NCBI GenBank assembly: GCA_963713855.1
Contig: OY970209.1
Coordinates: 768,001-832,000 of the forward strand
Direction: 5' to 3'
Source: an uncultured bacterium
GTDB lineage: Bacteria; Babelota; Babeliae; Babelales; Babelaceae
DNA length: 64,000 nucleotides
The translations under genes were made by a program, and so were the position numbers. This document shows, piece by piece, positions 41,010 to 49,787 of the stretch; position 1 is the first letter of the stretch; every line of letters begins with the position of its first letter. The notes under the pieces are model-generated. The model saw only the letters and a list, made by a program, of their open reading frames with translations, did not search any database and was not told the DNA's origin.

Positions 41010-41264
41010 CTACGCGGCTAGCGGCAGGACATCGTCCTGCACCTGTTGCTTGTTATGTGTGTTACATACTTATTGTGTATGAGATAGACCGGAAAATCCG
41101 GTCTATCTCATTAGTCATATTTACCAGAAAGGGAACTCCTTTCTGGTAAATTAAACTTACATAAAAAGTTTAAGCAGGGTGTGGGTCAAGGGTCATAAAG
41201 CCTGAGTCCAGGCTTATGAGCCCTTTCATAGAGTCAATACTATGACTCTTATGATGCCGCGTAG
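41010..41264. ncRNA. Unassigned multi-stem structured element (candidate ncRNA)
   Basis: 9-bp closing helix enclosing at least six hairpins, including perfect 15-bp and 14-bp stems; no ORF of 60 aa or more. Confidence 0.55.
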
Positions 41265-41320
41265 GCGTATACTTCCCTCATTTTTATTTCAGGACAGCAC
41301 CTAGCATTTTTTAAAACGAC

Positions 41321-41689
41321 TTACTCCCCGTACGAAAGAAGGATTTCTTTAAGGCGCTTTAGTTGTTTTTTGAGCATGCTTATTTGATTATGCAAACCTT
41401 GCTCAGGCACAGGCTCCTTTTGGATAGAAGATTGTCCTTCTATAGTTGGGGTCTTTTTAAACACACGTGTTCCAAGGTGTTCTTTTGCACCTGCGATAGT
41501 ATATTTCTTATCGTAGAGTAGTTCCTTGATGAGCAAAAATTTATTCATCTCGTAAGATGTATAATAACGCTGGCCGCCTTCCGAACGGTGAGGCCGAATG
41601 CCAAATTGCTTTTCCCAAAACCTGACGACAAAACTTTCAACACCAAGCTCATGGGCTATTTCACCTATTCTAAAAGTTTTACGCGCCAT
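41321..41689 (-). CDS. MerR-family transcriptional regulator
   Basis: FRIGEIA..LGVESFVVRFWEKQF.IRP.RSEGGQRYY, YTIAGAK; AAAGGAG RBS before ATG 41689. Confidence 0.9.
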   Translation of the reverse strand: MARKTFRIGEIAHELGVESFVVRFWEKQFGIRPHRSEGGQRYYTSYEMNKFLLIKELLYDKKYTIAGAKEHLGTRVFKKTPTIEGQSSIQKEPVPEQGLHNQISMLKKQLKRLKEILLSYGE

Positions 41690-41943
41690 CTTCACGACAA
41701 CTCCTTTTTTCCTTGATTGTATATTTTTATAGCGTTTCTTTTGATTCAAGACAAGAGTCAATTCACATTTGCCCCAAGTTGATTAAATCGAATTAGTGGG
41801 GTAAACTAACACTAATACTCATAAAAGTGTATAGATGTCCGCCTTTTAACAGCAGCTGATACTATCTTCTATTACGCAGTATTACAGGTGCATGTACTCT
41901 TTAAGAATTTGCTATTTTTACTACCCTAGAAAGGCACTGCCGA

Positions 41944-43458
41944 ATGAAGTTTAAAGATTTGATTATTCCTTTAGCTTTGTCTCTTATTACCGTATGGGCC
42001 ATCCAATTTTTCTTTATCAAAGATGGGGACAAGAGTGATTCACAGCCTCGTCCTGGTCAAAGTTTTGTAGCTCCAACGCAGCAAGAAATGACAAAGCCGC
42101 TTCAAACTACTTTTGCTTTTACGCCTGAAGGGCATAAAGGCATACTTACTCAAGTGGATACCGAGTATGGGGTGGCTACTTTCTCAGAAGCAGGAGCTGT
42201 GCTTGATGAGCTGAGTTTTAAGCGCATTTTGAGTGGAAAAGAACGGGTGCTTACGCCTATTGGCCCTTCTTTAAAATACCCTGCATTTTCTCTCGCTTTT
42301 GGCCCTGTAACGCCCTCAGAATATACGCTTGTTCATCGTGATGATACGAATGAAACTATCCGTTTAAAGTATGAAGCGCAATCACCTCAAGGAACAATTA
42401 GCAAAGAATTTGTAGTGCATCGTACGCTACCTAAGATTGATGTACTGATTAGTATTGATCCCCATGGCCAGGAAGTGCAGCCCCGTCTTTTTATTCCTGC
42501 ACCTTCAGTTTCTGAGGCTGATGTAGATTATCCTCCTAAAGGTCTTGTGTATACAGATCGCCAGCGTCTACAAAAGCAAAAGATTCAGCAACTGACGAAT
42601 CAATTCTGGTTTGCACCTGCGCTTTTTGGTGCTGAAGATCGCTATTTTATTAATGCACTTGTGTCCGATCCTGACAATTTCACGCGAAGAGGTTATTATA
42701 CAGCCGATCAACCTATTGCATTCGTTCTTGAAGGGCCTACTATAAAGCAAGCTCAAACGTGGAATCTTTCATTTTACCTTGGTCCTAAAGATGCCCATAG
42801 CATGGATGCGGTTGATAAGCGTTTAAACGCGGCCCTTGATTATGGTTGGCTATCGCCGCTTGTTAAAGTGATGCTTACTGCTTTAAAATTCCTTTATAAG
42901 TACGTTAATAATTATGGCTGGGCGATCATTCTTTTAACTCTTATTATACGCCTTTTACTGCTGCCTATAACATTAAAAGGCTCAAGCCCAAAACTACAAG
43001 AAAGGCAAAAAGAGTATCAACGCAAAATGCAATATATTGAGCAGAAATTTAAGAATGATCCTGATGCACTTACACGTGAGCGGTTGGAGCTGACTCGTAA
43101 GTATGGTCTACCTGATATGCTTATTCGATTGCCACAGCTTTTGCAGATACCTATTTTGCTTGGACTTAACCGATTGCTATCAAGCTCTGTAGAGCTCTAT
43201 CAGGCTCCTTTTGTTGGTTGGATAACTGATCTATCGGCGCGAGATCCTTACTATATTCTTCCGATCTTGGCTGGTGCTGGTCTTCTTATACAAGCTATGG
43301 TTGATTCTGATATTCGTAAAGGTGTTACAATGCTTCTTGTAGCAGCTTTGATTGTAGCTTTTACGGCTCATTTATCAGCCGGTTTGACGCTTTATTTGTG
43401 TGCTAATGCTTGGCTTAGCTTAGCGCAGTCCTACCTGCAAAAGGTTTTTAAAGTATGA
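41944..43458 (+). CDS. yidC: Membrane protein insertase YidC
   Basis: N-terminal TM, periplasmic domain, LDYGW, NYGWAIILLT, QIP, WITDLSARDPYYILP. Confidence 0.93.
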   Translation: MKFKDLIIPLALSLITVWAIQFFFIKDGDKSDSQPRPGQSFVAPTQQEMTKPLQTTFAFTPEGHKGILTQVDTEYGVATFSEAGAVLDELSFKRILSGKERVLTPIGPSLKYPAFSLAFGPVTPSEYTLVHRDDTNETIRLKYEAQSPQGTISKEFVVHRTLPKIDVLISIDPHGQEVQPRLFIPAPSVSEADVDYPPKGLVYTDRQRLQKQKIQQLTNQFWFAPALFGAEDRYFINALVSDPDNFTRRGYYTADQPIAFVLEGPTIKQAQTWNLSFYLGPKDAHSMDAVDKRLNAALDYGWLSPLVKVMLTALKFLYKYVNNYGWAIILLTLIIRLLLLPITLKGSSPKLQERQKEYQRKMQYIEQKFKNDPDALTRERLELTRKYGLPDMLIRLPQLLQIPILLGLNRLLSSSVELYQAPFVGWITDLSARDPYYILPILAGAGLLIQAMVDSDIRKGVTMLLVAALIVAFTAHLSAGLTLYLCANAWLSLAQSYLQKVFKV

Positions 43459-44054
43459 TCAATAAGTTGCCGACGTTGTTGCAGCTTTTAAAGGAGTTGC
43501 AGCAAGTCCCTTATCTGGCCTCTAAGCATATTTACCGCGTTGCAAATCACTTTTTAGAAATGGATGAGCGGCGTCTAGAGCAGTTTTGTACGGCAATTTC
43601 ACAAGCTCAGCAACGTCTTAAAAAATGTGCCGTCTGTTGGACTTGGCAAGAGATCGATAAAGCCTGTATATTTTGTAGTAACCCGAAACGCGATCAAAAA
43701 ACAATCTGTGTTGTAGAAACATGGTATGACGTTTGGGCAATTGAAAAGACAGAAAGCTATCAAGGAGCTTACCATGTGCTTGGTGGCTCGATCTGTCCGC
43801 TTGAAGGGCTAGGTCCTGAAGATTTAACCATTTACCAGCTTAGCGAACGTGTGAAGGAAGGTACTCAAGAACTTATACTCGCATTGAGTCAAACGCCTGA
43901 AGGAGAAGCAACCGGCGCTTATATTGCAAGAAAGCTTCAGGGTATGAAAATACAAATTACCTGTTTAGCGCGAGGCATGCCAGTCGGATCAGCCCTTGAA
44001 ACATTGGATCGCCTTACGCTTCATAAGGCACTAAATGAACGTAGACCTTTTTAA
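43455..44054 (+). CDS. recR: Recombination protein RecR
   Basis: C4 zinc finger, RD..TICVVE, YHVLGG.I.PLEG.GPEDL, TPEGEAT, LARGMPVG. Confidence 0.95.
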   Translation: MINKLPTLLQLLKELQQVPYLASKHIYRVANHFLEMDERRLEQFCTAISQAQQRLKKCAVCWTWQEIDKACIFCSNPKRDQKTICVVETWYDVWAIEKTESYQGAYHVLGGSICPLEGLGPEDLTIYQLSERVKEGTQELILALSQTPEGEATGAYIARKLQGMKIQITCLARGMPVGSALETLDRLTLHKALNERRPF

Positions 44055-44069
44055 AACGAGGAGATACTT

Positions 44070-44180
44070 ATGAAGAAACAACTCTTTTTTGTATTCATAC
44101 TAGTGTGCTTAACTATTCTTTGTCCAGATTGTAGAGGCACTACGCCTGACAATCAAATATCTCACACTTGCTTAGTCTGA
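44070..44180 (+). CDS. Putative 36-aa Cys-containing small protein
   Basis: GAGGAG RBS; MKKQLFFVFILVCLTILCPDCRGTTPDNQISHTCLV; terminator follows. Confidence 0.5.
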   Translation: MKKQLFFVFILVCLTILCPDCRGTTPDNQISHTCLV

Positions 44181-44191
44181 TTACGATATAT

Positions 44192-44221
44192 AAAAGGCTT
44201 ACAACATCTGTAAGCCTTTTT
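44192..44221 (+). terminator. Intrinsic terminator
   Basis: AAAAGGCTTACA-acatc-TGTAAGCCTTTTT. Confidence 0.8.
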
Positions 44222-44238
44222 AAATCTTCAAACAAAAT

Positions 44239-44913
44239 ATGACCAAACAATTTGTTATAGAGCTGCAAAAATCTTTCATCGAAGCGGCAGATAGCAAGAC
44301 CGCACAATCGCAATCAGCTTATATGCGAAATCAGTTTGCTTTTCTTGGGCTGCCAAAGCCTAAAAGAGCACTTTTACAAAAGCTTCTTTTTAAGAAGTAC
44401 ACTATCGCGAATGAGCACGATTTAAAAGAAGCAATTCTTTTGCTGTGGGATTTGGACGCTCGTGAGTTTCAATATGTTGCAGTTGATTTAGCCATTAAAT
44501 ACAAAAAACTTTTTTCTCCCACAAGCATCAGTTTTTTTAAAACTCTTATTATGAAAAAGTCTTGGTGGGATACCGTTGATCACCTTGCTATTAAACTTGT
44601 TGGTTTTTTAGCTAGTAAGCATCATCACCTTCTGCCTGCGCTCAAAGATTGGGCCAAAGATGATTGTATGTGGGTGAGAAGAACGGCGCTTTTATTTCAA
44701 ATACAGTGGAAGAAAAACACGCTTGAGGAAGTGCTTTTTGGGCACTGCCAGTCTTTAATGCACGAAAAAGAGTTCTTTATACGCAAAGCAATTGGTTGGT
44801 CACTAAGACAATATTCAAAAGTAAGTCCGCAGGCTGTAAAACGATTTATAGACTTACATCGCGCTCATTTAAGCCCACTTGCTATTAAAGAGGGTTACAA
44901 GTACCTAAAATAA
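44239..44913 (+). CDS. DNA alkylation repair protein (AlkD-like)
   Basis: AYMRNQF.FLG, REFQY, KSWWDTVD, EFFIRKAIGWSLRQYSK. Confidence 0.92.
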   Translation: MTKQFVIELQKSFIEAADSKTAQSQSAYMRNQFAFLGLPKPKRALLQKLLFKKYTIANEHDLKEAILLLWDLDAREFQYVAVDLAIKYKKLFSPTSISFFKTLIMKKSWWDTVDHLAIKLVGFLASKHHHLLPALKDWAKDDCMWVRRTALLFQIQWKKNTLEEVLFGHCQSLMHEKEFFIRKAIGWSLRQYSKVSPQAVKRFIDLHRAHLSPLAIKEGYKYLK

Positions 44914-44990
44914 AACTCTCGTAATTGCTTACGCGAGTAGCGCTAAAGCCCGCGGCTTACATCTCGCTTTTCCATTGATTTGATCACCTT

Positions 44991-45273
44991 GAATTGGTTG
45001 TGGTTGATCGGTTCTACCCTTCGTCTAAATAATGCCATAAATGTCTTGCTATCAATGATATGCTATCGATAAAAGAAAGAACATGAACCTGTCCTTACTG
45101 CTCTTCCTTTCTTGCGAGAGATCTGAATGCAGCAATATAGAAAGGCAAAGAGTTGGCACAGAAGAGATAGGTCTATCTCCCTGTCTCATAACTTAGGAAG
45201 CGTCAGACTATCCAAGATAGCTGCTTCCGTTTGAAGTTAGAATTCCTCGACTTCAGTCGTGGGAGTATTTCAA
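44991..45273 (+). mobile_element. tnpB: IS200/IS605 remnant: tnpB 3' pseudogene plus omega-RNA/right-end region
   Basis: Frame from 44991 reads ELVVVDRFYPSSK*CHKC...LSIKERT*TCPYCSSFLARDLNAAI* (TnpB zinc finger and RuvC-III); then TTCCTCGACTTCAGTCGTGGGAG hairpin and terminal TTCAA. Confidence 0.85.
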
Positions 45274-45287
45274 GAACCTAAACCGGC

Positions 45288-45348
45288 ATATTTTGTCAAG
45301 CTAAAGAACCTCGCGAAATAGCATTTGTTTCGGGGGGTTCTTTCATTA
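45288..45348 (+). repeat. Palindromic ~60-bp repeat, copy 1
   Basis: Similar to 46712..46772; stem AAAGAACC...GGTTCTTT. Confidence 0.75.
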
Positions 45349-45504
45349 CATAGGATAACTCCACCAACCCGATTTGACAGGAGCTTGGAGTAGCAGTAAG
45401 GTTTATTTCGACAGAAATCATTGTTTAGCACACATAAGAAATATTCGTCCTTGGAGCTCACGAATATTGGCAATAAACGATAAGACTCATAAAGGAAAAA
45501 GTCA

Positions 45505-46698
45505 ATGAAGATCGCTACTATTTGTATCACAATCTTATCTATGCTCATGCACATACAAATGAAAGCTATGTGCGGAACATCCTACGCTTTACCCTCTGGG
45601 TCAACTTCTCCGGATGCGATAGCATATGCGCCATCAGGGAATTATCTTGCTACTGCTAGTCGCTACTCAGATAATGTTACGGTATTTACCGTAGGAGCAG
45701 GGGGAGTGTTGAGCGCAGGAACATCCTATGCTTTACCTACTGGTTCTACTAGCCCTTTCTCAGTAGCATTTTCGCCATCAGGCAATTATCTTGTTACTGC
45801 AAATTTTAACTCAAGTGATGTCACGGTTTTTGCGGTAGGGACAGGGGGAGCATTAAGTGGTGGAGCATCCTATGCTTTACCTTCCGGTTCTGCTAATCCT
45901 GCTTCAGTAGCATTTTCGCCATCAGGCAATTATCTTGCTACTGCTAATCTTAACTCAAGTGATGTCACGGTATTTACGGTGGGGGCAGGGGGAGTATTGA
46001 GTGGAGGAACATCTTATGCTTTACCTTCTGGTTCTATTTATGCTCAGTCAGTAGCATTCTCGCCATCAGGCAATTATCTTGCTACTGCTAATTATACCTC
46101 AAATGATATCACAGTATTTACGGTAGGGGCAGGAGGAGTATTAAGTGGAGGAACATCCTATGCTTTACCGTCTGGTTCATACGGTCTTTGGTCAATAGCA
46201 TTTGCACCATCAGGTAATTACGTCGCTACAGTTAATAATAACTCAAGTATTGTCACGGTATTTACGGTAGGTTCGGGGGGAGTATTAAGTGGTGGAACAT
46301 CGTATGGTTTACCATCAGGTTCCACGGCTCCTCGCTCAGTAGTATTCTCGCCAACAGGCAATTATCTCGCTACCGCTAATTACGGCTCAAATGATGTCAC
46401 GGTTTTTGCAGTAGGGACAGGGGGAGCATTAAGTGGTGGAGCATCCTATGCTTTGCCTTCCGGTTCTACTTCTACTTTCTCAGTAGCATATGCGCCATCA
46501 GGTAATTATCTTGCTACTGCTAATATTAACTCAAATGATGTAACGGTTTTTACTGCCCAGTGTTCAACAACAAGTACCACTACCACCACAACTCCGCCAA
46601 CAACAACGTCAACAACAACGTCAACATCTGCTGCCAGCACTTTAAACAGCTTTATTATTTCGGGTTTATCATTTTTACGCGATAATAAAGACGAATAA
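45505..46698 (+). CDS. Secreted single 7-bladed beta-propeller with Ser/Thr stalk
   Basis: Signal peptide; seven 48-aa (144-bp) repeats; STTSTTTTTTPPTTTSTTTSTS stalk. Confidence 0.9.
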   Translation: MKIATICITILSMLMHIQMKAMCGTSYALPSGSTSPDAIAYAPSGNYLATASRYSDNVTVFTVGAGGVLSAGTSYALPTGSTSPFSVAFSPSGNYLVTANFNSSDVTVFAVGTGGALSGGASYALPSGSANPASVAFSPSGNYLATANLNSSDVTVFTVGAGGVLSGGTSYALPSGSIYAQSVAFSPSGNYLATANYTSNDITVFTVGAGGVLSGGTSYALPSGSYGLWSIAFAPSGNYVATVNNNSSIVTVFTVGSGGVLSGGTSYGLPSGSTAPRSVVFSPTGNYLATANYGSNDVTVFAVGTGGALSGGASYALPSGSTSTFSVAYAPSGNYLATANINSNDVTVFTAQCSTTSTTTTTTPPTTTSTTTSTSAASTLNSFIISGLSFLRDNKDE

Positions 46699-46711
46699 AG
46701 CCATTTTTTGG

Positions 46712-46772
46712 ATATTTTATCAAGCTCACTAACCCCCGAAATAGCAGTCGTTTTCCGGGGGTTAGTTTATTA
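46712..46772 (+). repeat. Palindromic ~60-bp repeat, copy 2 (possibly also a terminator)
   Basis: Stem ACTAACCCCCG...CGGGGGTTAGT; similar to 45288..45348. Confidence 0.75.
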
Positions 46773-47469
46773 TGCACGATTTTTAAAATGTGTTCTAATA
46801 ATTTTTCAGAAGGGTAAGCGTGCCTTGATTGAGCCTGTTCCAGCCGAGCGATCGAGGGTCGATGTAAGCATAATCCAATTCGATATAGCCACCGTTTCAA
46901 TGCCAAAACAATAAGAACACTGATCCACTTTTTGAAAAAGGCGGCTTAGGCTCTATTTTTTGCCTCAAGTATGATTTCTTCGATGGAAAGAGGTTGTGCA
47001 GCGGCGAGTGAAGGAACTGAGCATGAAACTATTTTTGCTTGAACCTGAACGGGATACAACGCAATGGTTTGTTCGAGTGCCTCAATTTTTATCTCGTTGG
47101 CTGACCGACGCGAAGATCTATTACTCTTCTGCGGAATTAAAAGCTGCTTTAATAAAGAGTCAGCTTGTTAATAAGAAAGAGTAGTTCTTTTGAATGCTGG
47201 TCGCTAAAGCTTGGATTTTTTTTTACGTTGAATCGAGGCAGAAACAGCGTTGATCATGCTCACTTGAGTTCTTGTCTAGTAAAGTCATTATAGCTTATTT
47301 CAAAGGCAACTAAGAAAAATTCGCCGAGACTAAAGGTATGCTTGCGGTGATTGAGGTTGCATAAGTTTACCTTGGGAGCATACGATGTGCCAGCAATCAA
47401 TTTACAATATACAGTTATTGTATAATTCGCTATTATAACTATTGTTTGGCTTAAAGATTAGGACTCAAT

Positions 47470-48171
47470 GTGCTAAAAAAACTTATTTTTTACGCTCTGT
47501 TAGGTAGTTTTTTACTTCCTTTTAATGAGGGTTTTGGATTCAGTTCATTTCAAAGCTCTCACACGCAAGGGCTGTGCTTTGTTTTGGATAGTGTGCATGT
47601 GGTACAGATTGGGCGACCCGAAGAAAAAACATACGCGATAGCTCTTGGTAAAGAAGTCAAAGGGGTACAGGGAAGTTTTCTTGATGAAGCTACTCTTAAG
47701 CTCTATCTCCTGGTTGCGCTTAATGATGAGCAAAGTCAAAATTACTGGGAAAGCGATCTAAGCACCATAATGGCAAATTTTAAGCAAAGTATGAAAGAGA
47801 GCCCAGATCATCCTCTTATTATGAGATGCGAGCAAAGAGAAGGGCTCTTTTATAGAATTTGGTATGCGCTCTTCGAGGACCGAACGAGCATCGAAGCATT
47901 TTCCAGTGACTGTTCGGCTCAGTGGATATCATTATCCGAAGACCTAATGAAAGTTGGAAAAGTATCTTTTCCGAAAGAGCCCCCTGCAGAACTTATTGAA
48001 TCTCAAAAGTCCTTTGATTCAACCGTAGGTACTATAAAAGAAGAATTGGTATCGTTAGAAGAAGAAGCGAAATTCCTACTCCCGGTTGCTGATTTTGTTA
48101 AAACTTATGGTGATAATGGCTCATTTATAGAATTTCTAGATTACGAAAATAACACCGCAAGTAATGAATAA
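47470..48171 (+). CDS. Exported hypothetical protein
   Basis: 233-aa ORF with signal-peptide-like N-terminus. Confidence 0.65.
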   Translation: MLKKLIFYALLGSFLLPFNEGFGFSSFQSSHTQGLCFVLDSVHVVQIGRPEEKTYAIALGKEVKGVQGSFLDEATLKLYLLVALNDEQSQNYWESDLSTIMANFKQSMKESPDHPLIMRCEQREGLFYRIWYALFEDRTSIEAFSSDCSAQWISLSEDLMKVGKVSFPKEPPAELIESQKSFDSTVGTIKEELVSLEEEAKFLLPVADFVKTYGDNGSFIEFLDYENNTASNE

Positions 48172-48390
48172 AAGCTAATGAACTTCGGCAGGTTAGCCAG
48201 AGCTAAGGACCTGCAATCTAATATCATCCGCTAAGCCATACCGGGCGTAGGCGCGAAAGCTCTCGCTTCCGTTTTTTAGAAACCACTAAAAGTACAGGTG
48301 TCGTAATAGGATAAGATTGAGTTATTCTATGCCATGAAGTATTGTAGTATGTGTACCTATTTTATAAGGCTTTTCTAACGAAATACGATT

Positions 48391-49701
48391 ATGGCACAGC
48401 AAAAACAAAAGACAAGTTTTCTTTCTCGTCGTCAGCATCTTATTGAAAAAATTAAGGCTCAGCATCCTCACATAACTAAGGGATGCGTGCTTGTGATCTC
48501 AAATTTTGAGTGTGAACGTTTAGAATTTAGGGCTGAAAGCTCTTTTTACTACTTAACTGGTATTCAAGAGCCAGCAGCTTTTCTTTTAATCGATCTAGAT
48601 GGAAAAACTGATCTGTATCTTCCCTCCTACGCTACTAAAAGGGCTGAATGGATCGCAAATCCTTTAATACTTGAGTCAGTGTTACCAGCGGATATGGGCA
48701 TTGAAAAGCTCTTGCCTTTGGGTGAGACGGTTAAAGGGTATAGCTTTCCTCTGCTTTTTTCTCAGGGCTCTGTAAAAAATCTTATAGAACGCATGAATTC
48801 ATATATTAATGCTGGCGGAACGGTATTTACGCTTAAAGATGAAAAACCAACACACTATGTAGAACAGAAAGTCACGCTTGAGCGACTTATAAGCGTCGTG
48901 CCAAAACTTGGTGAGCATTTGGTAGATATTTCTCCGCTTGTGGCACATATGAGGCGCAAAAAGTCGCATGATGAGATTGAGCTTATGTACAAAGCTGTTG
49001 AAGTGACCGTTGTAGCGCAAGAGGGAGCTGCAGCCTCTCTTGAAGAGTCAAGCAAAGAGTATGAAATACAAGCGGGTATCGAATATATTTTTCGTGAATC
49101 CGGTGCTCGTCCTGCATTTCCAACGATTGTCGCTACAGGAAGCAATAGCGTCATTCTCCATTATACACCCTCTGGTAGAGCCATGAGGAATGGGGAACTA
49201 GTGCTTGTAGATATTGGTGCAGAGGTGGGTATGTATTGCGCAGACATCACGCGCACTTATCCCGTGTCTGGCGCATTTACTAAAAGGCAGAAAGAAGTAT
49301 ACCAGGCGGTGCTTGATACACAGGAATACGTTGCAAGTTTGGCGGCTCCTGGATATTGGATAAGAAATGATGCCCAGAAAGATAAGTCATTGCACCATTT
49401 GGCGCTCTCATTTCTAGAAAAAAAAGGATACGGCCGCTATTTTGCTCATAATATTGGCCATTTTCTAGGGCTTGATGTTCATGACGTTGGAGACATCAAC
49501 CAACCACTCGAGCAGGGCGATGTTATAACTATTGAACCGGGTATTTATATTCCTGAGGAAAAACTAGGTATTCGCATCGAGGACGACTACTGGATAATCA
49601 AGGATGGTTGTATTTGCTTAAGCCAGGACCTTCCCAAAGATATCGACTCAATCGAAGCTCTTGCAAGCATCGACCTCTTGAGTGAAGACGAAGATGAATA
49701 A
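48391..49701 (+). CDS. pepP: Xaa-Pro aminopeptidase
   Basis: FYYLTG, ILHY, DIGAE...DITRT, H.IGHFLGLDVHD, TIEPGIY, GIRIEDD. Confidence 0.94.
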   Translation: MAQQKQKTSFLSRRQHLIEKIKAQHPHITKGCVLVISNFECERLEFRAESSFYYLTGIQEPAAFLLIDLDGKTDLYLPSYATKRAEWIANPLILESVLPADMGIEKLLPLGETVKGYSFPLLFSQGSVKNLIERMNSYINAGGTVFTLKDEKPTHYVEQKVTLERLISVVPKLGEHLVDISPLVAHMRRKKSHDEIELMYKAVEVTVVAQEGAAASLEESSKEYEIQAGIEYIFRESGARPAFPTIVATGSNSVILHYTPSGRAMRNGELVLVDIGAEVGMYCADITRTYPVSGAFTKRQKEVYQAVLDTQEYVASLAAPGYWIRNDAQKDKSLHHLALSFLEKKGYGRYFAHNIGHFLGLDVHDVGDINQPLEQGDVITIEPGIYIPEEKLGIRIEDDYWIIKDGCICLSQDLPKDIDSIEALASIDLLSEDEDE

Positions 49702-49787
49702 AGCTATATCGAGAGTTTGCCAATCAAACAACTAGTTTCACCCGATTTTTATTGACTGATATATACTATTGTGTAATCTAAGTTATT

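Noticed and set aside
41010..41264. Retron msr-msd, tRNA, SRP or tmRNA identity
   Set aside because: No reverse transcriptase in the window and no T-loop/CCA or SRP domain IV motif
44166..44180. C-terminal TCLV of the small ORF as a CaaX motif
   Set aside because: Cys is third, not fourth, from the end
45574..46560. 144-bp periodicity as a CRISPR array or DGR template
   Set aside because: In-frame coding repeats; no repeat-spacer structure, no cas or reverse transcriptase gene seen
46655..47184. Short ORFs downstream of the single propeller gene
   Set aside because: Overlapping, no recognisable motif or RBS; may be decayed DNA but I could not assign it
48180..48275. GC-richer intergenic patch resembling a REP remnant
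   Set aside because: No clean palindrome and no second copy noticed
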